This document shows positions 1 to 10,114 of a stretch of DNA of 64,000 nucleotides, piece after piece. Source of the stretch: Amoebophrya sp. A120. Lineage: Eukaryota > Protista > Dinoflagellata. Position numbers and translations under genes: made by a program. Below the pieces are notes generated by a model. The model was given only the letters and a program-made list of their open reading frames with translations, was not told where the DNA came from and ran no database searches. The number at the start of each line of letters is the position of its first letter. Position 1 is the stretch's first letter. Location: positions 2,781,283-2,845,282 of the forward strand of contig CAJINV010000004.1 in the NCBI GenBank assembly GCA_905178155.1, read 5' to 3'.

Positions 1-156
1 AAAATATTGCGAGTGGTCTTCAATACGATGATGTATTTTCATCTTCGGTGTTGTACCACACAGAATTATGATTATCAATCGTTTTTGGAATATAAATAAG
101 TCATCCGCGTAATCCCCATATTGATACAACGTCACAGAATGCCATGATTTTTCTAC

Positions 157-927
157 CTCTTTCCCGAGCTGCTTTTGGCCTGGCTCGAGGGAAAGGAGGA
201 AGACGTTGTTGTAAACACGTTTGCACAAGGGATGCGTTGGCTGTAGTTGGCTCCGCATCTCGTCTACCCTTTCACGGAGCTGCGCGCAATCCTGTGCACC
301 AAACACGGCGAGACCTTTGTTGATTTCGGAAAAACAAAAATAGATAAGGACCACCTGGATACCGGGTGAAAAGAGCAACTTTGTGGCCGCTCTTCACTAC
401 TGGCCTCATTTTCATTTGACACTCAACACATGAACAGAAATCGAAATGCGGTGCACCATCGAGAGAATTATCCAGCTCTGATTCGATTGGACGAGGTCAT
501 CATGCGATAAGAAAATTTGCAAAGCGTCACTGCCTCTGTCGCGTGAAGGTGACACAATCTTTTCTCACAGAACTGGGAAGGAGGACAGAGGCCGCCTAGA
601 TATCAAAACAAACTCAGCATTTTCTTGCGTTTTCCACTCTATACCGTGCAAAAACTCGGTTTTTGTGAAGCTGCCCATCTGTTTGGCGCCGCAGTGGTAA
701 CACCAAACCAGGGCTACGGGGTCCAGGGGCGAAAAGCCGAGGTCTTCGCACAGTTTCTCGGTGCCTGTTTCCGTTATTATCAGCTCACTGCTGCCGTCGT
801 CCGGCGTTTCGGCGTACTGCGCAAAAAACGCTTCCTGCTTCCGCGTGTCGGGCTTTGGCGGGGCGTACCCATACTGCCCGCGCGACCCCCCGGACCGTCC
901 CATCCCTCCCGTCATGCTGGCAAACAT
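157..927 (-). CDS. DCN1-like (defective in cullin neddylation) protein, first two exons; 3' part runs off the window
   Basis: Exon 927-645 (...GTEKLCEDLGFSPLDPVALVWCYHCGAKQMGSFTKTEFLHG) joins through a canonical GT-AG intron (644-315) to exon 314-157 (GLAVFGAQDCAQLRERVDEMRSQL...VYNNVFLLSLEPGQKQLGKE). This matches the DCUN1/PONY domain pattern. Confidence 0.8.
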
Positions 928-2499
928 GATGGACTTTTACAGGAAGTCGAAGAAGTGCCGGCGGAAATTATGCTCGTGAAGTACGAAGGTTTATTTTCCG
1001 GCACTAGTTGTTGATGCTTCTTTTATTGATACTGATTCAGTATCTGTTCCTAATGTGTATGTAGTTGGTGTGTTGAATGTGAACGATGTTGTAACCGCAT
1101 CGGTGGATGAATTCGTCGCGCGTTTGTTCTTGAGTAGCTGCTGCAATAGCGTGCTGTCTTGTGGTGTTCCACGGGAAGGCTTCCTTGCGCTGAAGACGCG
1201 GGAGTGTTGTGCTTCTCGTTCTCTCCGGGGTTGTGCTCGTCGAGTAACAAGCTTTGCTTGTGTTTATTCCAACGCGCAGACCGCCCCCTGTCCTCCTTGT
1301 GGGATCTTCAAGTAGAATAAACACTACCTGCGAGATGAATTATTGTGCGGGTAAAAAATCACCGCAGGTGTTCTTGAGTTGTGGACCAACTGCTGGTGCT
1401 CCTTACTGCAGGGAAGATGTTCACGAGGATCATCGAGCTAACCGTTCTCCAGGTCGCCCAGGCGTGTGGTCTGCGTCTGGCCTTTGGTCATACTCATAGA
1501 ATCTCATTTTTGCATTTGCTAGAATCATAATTTCTTTTCATCAAGATCAAGATAACTCAAAATAGTTGTAAAAATGCTAAGTAACTGTTCTTGATTTCTT
1601 TCTATGACATAAACACTTCTGTTGAAATAAACAGAAATACTGCGAACATAATGAAGGGGATAAAATCACAATAGAAAATGGATCAACATGATCGTATTAA
1701 ATAGTAGCTTTGAAACAAGACCCGAATTATTTACCTCAACACTTCAGGAAGGGATAGAAAATTGAAATTCTGAATTTGTGTGTGTGCGCCGTACGCATTG
1801 GATCCAGGATATCGAACGTAGTATCTATTAAGATCTCCACATCAACAAGAAACGAGGAAAAATAGTGACCACCTGATAGCCAGCACGATATTTGTAAACA
1901 CGAAAGAGCCAAAAATAAATCGTCGTTTTTTCGTCTCATAATTTTTTCTTTGCAGCTCTGTCTGGTGCTTCTTCTTCAAAAACGAAACGCAGAATGAACC
2001 AACACGACCTCCATCCGCGCTAACTAGTAGGCCAACAACCAGCTGCATCTGACCGTCGTCCACATCAGTCGAGACGACCTGTCGCGGCCATCAGAGCCTG
2101 TTCTTCGCTATCGATATTTCATCTCCAGCTTCTTCATCCACTTATTTTGTATTTGTACAGTGTTTTCATTTCCTTAGCTGTTGTTCGCTTCAATCTTCAT
2201 TTCGAAATACCCAAAATCTGGACGATCGCGACGCTATATGCTCTGTTTTCCTTCGCGTTGTCATGATAGCAGCTGAAACAAAGCTTGTTCTCCTGGCTAA
2301 ATTCTACAAAAACTTGGTTACTTTTATCCGTTTTCTGTATTCTCACGAACAGGTCGCTGTTGAAAAAAAATCATCAGTGTGCTGCTGTGCCAGCGCAGGA
2401 CTGCTAGTGCAGCATGGTAATACTTAGGTCGTAGTAGATATTCTAAGTCTAACTATATCCATCATCAATGTTAATGTGCTCATTTCACCTCCTGCTTCT

Positions 2500-5400
2500 C
2501 TAGTAATATGCCGTGTCATTTTTCGCGTCAAAGTTGGGCATGGTGCAGTTGGTGTCGAAGAGACGCAAACGAAACTGGTCCGAATTGTAGTCCGCCAAAG
2601 TGTATGAGTTGCAAAAGTATCGCACTCGTATAAATGCATTACAAATTTAGCATGAGAAATAAAATTTGTAATGCAGATTTGCCTTGGGCGATAGATTTGT
2701 TGTAAATGCAAGACTTGCATTTATACGAGTACGATACTTTTGCACAGGATAGAGTGGGATTCCCCCGCCGCCGCAACCAAAAGCCCTTTCCGTCGTATCA
2801 CGCGTGACAAGGTCTTTTACTCCCGCTCCCCAGTAGGTTTCCGATTTATAACACGCCCAACGATTAAATCTTAAACTACTTTCAAAAATGTTGCCTAGCT
2901 TCTAAAAGTCCGTGCGCAGGCTCTACCATGTTGGCCCGGTGCATCGGCAACGTGCCCTGTGTAAAGCATGACTCCAGCCTGTCGACCGGCATTGCCCCTC
3001 AACGCCATGCCCCAAAGGAAAAAGGCACAACAAGCAAGACCACTGGGGGCGGAGGCATAATTATCGTGCGCCAGGGCGCTTCTTTCGCAATGGCAACGAT
3101 AGCCCCTTCTGGGCCATCGCGCGCGCCGCGCTTCGCTTTCACTGACGTGCGGGCGCGTGCTTCCGAATCGCTGGAGGGCTGGCCAATTTACGGCTGCGGT
3201 GCGGCGCGCTGGTTTGTGGTCCCGACTGACAACCCTTGTCGCTGTGCCGCTCCTCGCGCCCTGCGGAGGGCGCCGGAGCTGTGAAAGGCGGCGGCCAGGT
3301 TTTTTGTCTACTACGCCACTGCTGTTCCAGTGGGCCGCTCAACACAGGCCTGCTCACTGCTAGGCGCGACTCGCTCTCGCTTCTCCCCAATGCGGGCGCA
3401 AGCGGACCCATAGGCCGCCCGCTGTTATTTTGCGCGGCCTCAAAGAGCGCGCCCCGCCATTAGCCGGCCAGAAAAAATTGCCCGTGGGTGTGCGCTGCCG
3501 CTTTCTGGTAGGGACGCGAATTGCTCCGCCGCTTTGATGGAAGCAGGTCGCGTTCCCATTCAGCATCCAATTGCCGCCGAGCCTCCACGCATACACCTGG
3601 CGATTTTCTCGGCCACCCCAGGGGGCCTCGGCAGGGGGTCTGAGGGGGTCCTCAGACCCCCCCTCTATACCAACGCCCAGCAAGACCTAGCTTTTTTGCA
3701 GCCCCCACGGTACGGTCCGCCAAAGGGGGGTCCCGAGACCCCCACCAATAACCCCCCCTCGATGGGCCGGAAGCTTCTGCCGTGTCTTTCGATTTCGCAG
3801 AAAACGGGGCGGCGGCCCTTCAAAGAAAACGCGCCCCAGAACATCTGGAAGGGCGCGAGGGTGTGGCGTTCGGGCTGCACACCGATACCCATTCCAGGCT
3901 TTTCCCAGGTAACTTTCTTGCATGCGCCGCTGCCCCGGTTACGGGCTTGGTGTGTGTGCATGCTTCCCCGGAAGCGTAACTAAGGCCGATTGCGGCGCCG
4001 CCGCGTTTTGTGCGCCGCGGGGGCGCGCGCATTCTGCTCCCAACAAAAGGACGGCCACACGTACCCGCACGAAGGCGGTGGAGTTTGTCTACCTGCCTGG
4101 TCCGTCGGCCCCCGGGCCCGGGCGAGGAAATACGAAAGCAGGGCCGAAGGGTGTTCCACGTAAGGAACCGGCTCAGCACATGGGCCCGATCACAAAAACA
4201 CACACGCGCCCAACTCGCTTCGGCAGGCGGTTTCTTTTACTCCCGCTCCCCAGTAGGTTTCCGATTGTGCTGTAGTTGCACAGCAGTTTTAGCAATAGGA
4301 CTTACTAGCTTGTGATCTCAATCCAGTAACTAACTCTACCTTGCATCTCGTCTGCATGTGACAAGCTGAGACGAACAAGACAACGCGGCTTACAGTTAGA
4401 ACTACATGCAGATGGAGTAGACGTGGACCACGTGCACTCGCTTTTAATAGGGACTCATGCGAAACCTCCATCTGCTGGGTAGAGCAATGACGGAGTGGAT
4501 CTTTTCACGCAGGATAGGTCGCCCTTATACCACATTTGGTCGTCCACTTGTCCCGTGTCAGACTGTCGGTTGTCGCTGTCGAAAGGAGCTGTGCAGCATT
4601 GAGGTGGAACTACAATTTTTTCTGATCGTGAAATGCGTATGACGAAAACAACTTTTCTAGTAGCTACAGCAACACAAACAAAGTAAAGAAGCTAGGAGAG
4701 TTCATGATGTTCTACATGATGAAATATACAGGGTCGCACTGGCGGGGTATCGGTGTATCGCAGGCGCAGCGTGTAAATGTCCGGCGAATTCGGATAGTGC
4801 ACCAGTTCGAACCACTGCGAGGTGCGGTAGTCGCAGTAGTTGTATCCTGTGCAAGAGTATCGTACTCGTAGTAATCGAAGTTATGCATTACAAATCTTTT
4901 TTTCAAGGTGAATCCGCATTACAAATTATGTTTCTCATGCTGGGGAAATTTGTATATGCAATTTACATTAGTACGATACTTTTCCAATCCATAAGTTGTT
5001 GTACACTACCAAATATTCCTCGGGCGGTTCCAGCGGCCGCGAACTGTTCGTGAAGATCTCCGTACCGAGACACCACCCGGTGTGCGACGGTCCTTCGTAG
5101 GTCAGATCGTACGTGTCGCCCTCGGCAACCTCCAGCTGGACCCATTTCGCCGTCCGGTTGGCGCAGCCGTAGTCGGGCGGGTTTGTGTTCAGGACCACCC
5201 CGGGCTCCATGCAGTCCAGCTGCTCTATGGCGTCCTCAACTGTTACACTCTCAAGTGTTATTAAATACATGAATTTGTGATGCAAGAATGGAAAGAGTGA
5301 ACGAGGCGACCTTGCGCGTCTGGCATGACAGATTTGGCACAGATTAGCAGCCTGTTTGGCCCTCTGATAATTTGTCATGCGAAGCAGCGTGATGGTGTCG

Positions 5401-8011
5401 ATTCTGAAGATAGTCTTGCATGGCAAATCATGTAACAGTTGAGAGTGTAACATTTGAGAACGCCATATGCTCCGTGCGTTCCATCGTGTGCTTGATGAAA
5501 AACGGCGTTGCGTCGGGGTGGGCCATATCGTTTGCAAAAGTTGTATCGTGTATCGTGCTCGTAGTAATTACCGCAAGTAGTCATGCATGACAAACCTCCT
5601 GTTCATGTTCAAGGTAAACCAGCATGAGAAATTCGAACTCCACTTGTCATGCTGAGCTAGTTTGTGAAAATGCACTTAGTACTACTAGCAAGTACGATGC
5701 AGCTTTTGCAATCTATACGCCACATCCGCGTCGCTGGAGTTGGAGTACCAGTGGGGCAGGTCCTGCCTTGTCGTGTCGCGCAAAATTTTGACGTCGCAGT
5801 ATGCACTGCAAAAATGTCTGGGTCTGGAAGGAAGGATGCAACTTGTCATGCTAAGTTTGGACTGTGAAAAAATCTGTGTTGCATGGTTGCCAAAAGTTGT
5901 CCACTTTTGACCAAGTTGGGAGGGAGTTTCTCATGCAGGGTAGGCATAATAGAGATCGCACAGAATCTGTTATGCTAGGGCCTGCATTCCAGCCCTCGTG
6001 GGTCATGCAAATGCGCATTCCATTCTTCCAGACCTAGACACATTTGCATTTGATACGCAGACACGCTTGACGATGGTGGCCCGCTGTTGGTCCACTTCGA
6101 GTTCGGTCGCGATGTCACCCCGGTAGGTATCAGAGTGCACAACTAGTACAACTCCCCCTCGTCGTCCCCCTCAATTTTCGCAGCAAGTAAGCAGGAGGAC
6201 CAGCAGCGGACCCGGCAGCGAAAATGATGGTGCATCGACATCACAAGTTCAGGCAGTGACTGCACCAGTATACTGAAACTAATGTGGCGCTCGACCTCGC
6301 GGGTTGATCATGTCGTGAAAACCACACAGCTTCAAGATCAACACAGCATACAGCACTTGCTATTTATTTGCATGACAGATCATGAGGGGAGCAGGGGGCT
6401 TTTGGTTTTGTCGTCGGCTTTGTGCAGTCGGATAGTAGGCCACCGTGCGACACAGGTCGTTCTTGTCCTCGTTCTTGCTTTTGGTTTCCGGGCCCCACTG
6501 TACCTGGAGGTAAAAGTCCCGGGCCGGGTCTGCGCTCTGCAGTGTAAAGGCGGCCTGCCGGTTCAGGGGGCAGGCAGGCACGTCGGGTTTGTTTTCGTAA
6601 TACATCTTGTCGTACGGCGCCGGCTCGTCGTTGTTCGTGTTCGGATCCGAAAACGGCTTTTCCTTGAGCGGAATGCGGCGCCACGTGGACTCCCGGTTGG
6701 TATCGGATTTGGCCCAGGGGATCTGCTTCATCCCCACAAAGTTCGTGTCCGGGACGCCCGGAATTGCGCTCGGGTCCACGTTATCCAGTGCAAATTTGTC
6801 AGGGTCTGGAAGAGTGTAAGTTTGTCATGCTTGTCTCTCATGACTCCTAAGAACTTTGTGATGCATAAGCCTGAGGAGAGTCTCTCGCCTGTCATGCAAA
6901 AACGCAGTTTGCCATGTAGAAAGCGAAACACGGAGCAGGAGCTCAAGAACTTGTCATGCTTGGCTGCGTGTTGCAGCGCTTCCAACAATCCCAAACCAGC
7001 ATCACAAGCTTCCAGACCCAGACATATTTGCATTAGATACACATCGCTGGAGGTGTAGCGCAAGGGCCCGCCGGATTCGGGCTTCAGGTCCCAGTTCGGA
7101 TTTATCCTGTGCAAAAGTATCGCACTCGTATTGCAATCATGCATTACAAATTTTTTATTTTTTCTCAAGGCAAAACAGCATTACAAATCTTATTTTTCAT
7201 GCTGAGGGAATTTGTCATGCATTCATACGAATACGATACTTTTGCAGTTCATAGGATTTTCCACGTACTGGAAGACGGTATCGTGGTCGAGCGACCCCGG
7301 GCCGGTGTTTTTGTAAGTGAAGAACATGGAACCACCCTCAACTTTTTTGTCTTTCTGTGGAAGGCTGGATACGGAACTCGTCTTAGTGCTATGTTGATCA
7401 GCGTCGGTCGTGCTTTTTTTGCTGACTTCAATTTCGTTCGTCGAGGTGCTCTGCTCATTCACAACTTTCTTGCCCTTCACGTTCTTCTTGATCCCGTTCT
7501 TTACTCCGGAAGCTGAAGCAGCACGGATTTTCTCTTTTTTGTCGTTTTTTTCTGCATGGTGATGGGAGGTCTTCAACAGCGAGGAGGCCTGATGCTGGTC
7601 AACACGGTTCACGACTTGCAGAGCGAATGCTGCGCCCGGAGCAGGTTGGACAGAGTCAGAGAAGGTAACGTCCAGCACGACCTTGTAAATACTCCAGCAC
7701 GACCAGCACGTCGACATGATCTTCATAGGACGGCGGGCGAGCATTTGAAGTAGAAGCTGGAGAGATTTTCTAGACCCCGCAGAAGCTCCTGCTGTTGCAC
7801 CTACAGAAGCTGCATTTTTAGAATTTTTCCGAGTGGTCTTCTGATCACTCATGGTGCGTCTACGGCAAAACAAGGACCGCGATGCATTGTTCCGGGGGAA
7901 AAATCCTGGTGCTGTCCACCGTCCGCACGAATCTTCTCGTGGGACCGCTTTATCCGGAGCCTGCTTCCCGTCCGGCTCCGGGGGAAGCTGCTGCTGGTGC
8001 AGTAAAAACAT
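2500..8011 (-). CDS. Hypothetical multi-exon Cys/Trp-containing protein with 8 introner introns and a 1.4-kb insertion; both ends approximate
   Basis: Removing each element plus one 5-bp repeat gives a continuous frame: ...FQYVENP|NWDLKPESGGPLRYTSSDV|DPSAIP...RTVAY|RGDIATELEVDQQRATIVKRVC|DVKILRD...SDADVA|HPDATPFFIKHTMERTE|QLDCMEPG...YLVVYNN|YCDYRTSQWFELVHY. No family recognised. Confidence 0.7.
2603..2751. mobile_element. Introner, TIR family A
   Basis: TATGAGTTGCAAAAGTATCGCACTCGTATAAATGCA ... TGCATTTATACGAGTACGATACTTTTGCACAGGATA; flanks AAGTG/GAGTG. Confidence 0.85.
2847..4232. mobile_element. ~1.39-kb GC-rich insertion flanked by a perfect 34-bp direct repeat
   Basis: TCTTTTACTCCCGCTCCCCAGTAGGTTTCCGATT at 2813-2846 and 4233-4266; no convincing ORF inside. 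Confidence 0.75.
4843..4993. mobile_element. Introner, family A
   Basis: TATCCTGTGCAAGAGTATCGTACT ... AGTACGATACTTTTCCAATCCATA; perfect repeat AGTTG. Confidence 0.9.
5226..5467. mobile_element. Introner, family D
   Basis: TATGGCGTCCTCAACTGTTACACTCTC ... GAGAGTGTAACATTTGAGAACGCCATA; perfect repeat TGCTC. Confidence 0.9.
5526..5717. mobile_element. Introner, family A (diverged)
   Basis: TATCGTTTGCAAAAG ... CTTTTGCAATCTATA; repeats GGCCA/CGCCA; frame restored (ADVAHP). Confidence 0.8.
5800..6055. mobile_element. Introner, family B
   Basis: TATGCACTGCAAAAATGTCTGGGTCTGGAAG ... CTTCCAGACCTAGACACATTTGCATTTGATA; perfect repeat CGCAG. Confidence 0.9.
6128..6434. mobile_element. Introner, family C
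   Basis: TATCAGAGTGCACAA ... TTGTGCAGTCGGATA; perfect repeat GTAGG. Confidence 0.85.
6782..7039. mobile_element. Introner, family B
   Basis: TATCCAGTGCAAATTTGTCAGGGTCTGGAAG ... CTTCCAGACCCAGACATATTTGCATTAGATA; repeats CACGT/CACAT. Confidence 0.9.
7103..7253. mobile_element. Introner, family A
   Basis: TATCCTGTGCAAAAGTATCGCACTCGTA ... TACGAATACGATACTTTTGCAGTTCATA; perfect repeat GGATT. Confidence 0.9.
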
Positions 8012-8142
8012 GATGGCGCTGCGGATTATCCTCCGACCGGTGCTGCTTGAGGCGAGGAACAAAAAGTTCTTGTAGAAGGATTGTGCAGCAGGAGTAGTCC
8101 ACGACCTCGCGGGTGGTGGTGGTCCCAACAAGCCCTATTGGT

Positions 8143-8794
8143 GGACATAGGCAGGATCATCCCCCCAAGGATCACCCCCCTCAAGATGCAGGGGGGGTTA
8201 GGGGGGCCAGGGGGTGGGCCGGGGGCAGGAAGGTAGGGGGCAACGAGCGAGGCCGGGGGCAGGCAGCCAGGCTACGGGGGGGGACAAGGGCAGGCGGGCC
8301 GGCGGCAGGCAGACCGGGGGCAGGGCGGGGCGGCGTTGGTATTTGCTGGAAGGCCTTCCCAGAGGTTTCCTGGGCCAAGATGTGCTACAGGCGGGCAGCC
8401 ACCCGAGGAAGCCCGGGAGCGCCTAGCGCCTCGCCCCCTGAGGCAACAAAGGCGGCACAGTGAGCGAGCCCCCCCGGGCGGGGTCACGGCAAACCAACGA
8501 AGGGGGAAAGGGGGGGCAAAGAACAGAGAGGGGCGCGAGGGCGGCAAGGCCGGCGGCGCGTGCCTCCGGCCCGGAACAGGAAGGGGCAAAGGGGAATCGT
8601 CTGGGCCAGCCGTCGCGACGGCGCCGTCGCGACGGCTGGCCCAGACGACACCGCCGAAACCCTAAACCCTAAACCCTAGCCCAAACCTAAACCCTATGCC
8701 CTTTAGGGGGGTGATCTTGGAAACTTGAGGGGGGTGATCTTGGAAACTTGAGGGGGGTGATCTTACCTTGAGGGGGATGATCCGGCCTACGTCC
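8143..8794. mobile_element. Non-autonomous Mutator-like TIR element (652 bp)
   Basis: TIRs GGACATAGGCAGGATCATCCCCC / GGGGGATGATCCGGCCTACGTCC; perfect 9-bp TSD CCTATTGGT (8134-8142, 8795-8803); 23-bp subterminal tandem repeats at 8706-8764. Confidence 0.8.
8657..8700 (+). repeat. Interstitial telomere-type (CCCTAAA)n tract, degenerate
   Basis: AAACCCTAAACCCTAAACCCTAGCCCAAACCTAAACCCTA, inside the Mutator-like element. Confidence 0.7.
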
Positions 8795-10114
8795 CCTATT
8801 GGTCTTCAACAAGAAAGCTAGTAAATAATAGAGACGGGCACCCGGCGGCGTGGCCGTCTGCTGCTTGTACTACGTTGTACAAGCCATTGACGTGCTTTCT
8901 GGCGCCGGGGAGCAACATTGATGTCAGCCCGGCCACAACATCGTCTCTTTTTCTGGAACTCCAAAAAGCACTGACTGTTCTTTTATCGAGTCAGTTTGAC
9001 TACCGCTTGTAATTGGTTTTGCTCTTGCGGTGGTACTGGTAACAAGATCATAAGTGAAAATAAAGAAACAAAGCCGTCATCATCTTGGGGTTCCGGCTCG
9101 CCTCGTATCGCTCTCAAAAAAAATCACGTAAGCAACAGCTCTACTCAAGTATGAAGTTGCAAAAGATGAATCAGACCAGCACGCGCTGCAGAAACACGAC
9201 GGTCCGGCCTGTTGCATCCTCATCTTCGCCGTCTCTCATTTAGTAGCCTCCACATGCTGACTGAGAGCAGCCCATTTTTTAGAGGTCGTGTAGCGGAAAA
9301 GGAGTAGAACTCTATCCGGCAACTGTGCTGGCTAACACCAGCTTGAAACAAAATGAAGAAAAATCTATGCCGCTTTTCGGGCGATTGATTTAAAAGCACA
9401 AACGTCAAATATTTTTTACTTTTTTCAACTTTTTTCGTGAAATGGGCGTGGAGAAAATCATGTTTGCAAACAAAATGCGGTACATGTCCTTCTTCTCATC
9501 TTGCTGTATCGATATTAGCGAGTTGATGGGTCGAAAGAGAGTATCAGTATATCCATGTCGGCGTCTGCATATAGATCCTAAAAACAACTTCTCATGCTTC
9601 TAGATCTAGAAGGATGCTTCGACCTTGAAGTCGAGTTCTGTTTCCTCATCGGATCGAAAGTTAGTTTCCACGACTGGCTAATACTGGCGCAAAACCTCCG
9701 TGCTGCTACTCCGTCAAAAAGGTAAAATGATGGTGAGTAGATGACATGCTGATACTTATACCGGTCTTGTTTTTGATTTTGATATAAAATAAAATAAGTC
9801 TGCCGAAAGGAAAGCAGTTTTACATTTAGAAAGAAGCGACGACGTCCTCATCGATCTCTTCTACGTACCGCAAGAAGACAGAGACACGATATATTTTCCT
9901 GCATGAAATAAAACAAAGAAAATTATTCATCGCGTAATTTCGTCTTGCCGCGAAATTGTAGAGGAAGACTGGGAGGAAGGCGCCGGCCACTAAATATTAA
10001 GGACCAAGCCATATACTGCAACGAAAAGAAACAACTTCTGCGAAAATTACACCGAGGTTCCTCGACGTCGTCTCCCTCAGTTTTGATGTTCATCAAAAAA
10101 TAGAAGTAGCTACA

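Noticed and set aside
2798-2800. In-frame TGA in one reading (PCHA*YDGKGFW), suggesting stop-codon reassignment as reported for one Amoebophrya strain
   Set aside because: An alternative acceptor gives a stop-free frame. The long exons and both conserved genes need no read-through and end at TAA or TAG.
6282-7058. 258-aa plus-strand ORF and similar plus-strand ORFs (14421-15008, 52675-53436)
   Set aside because: These are antisense shadows of GC-rich minus-strand exons, and some run through introners.
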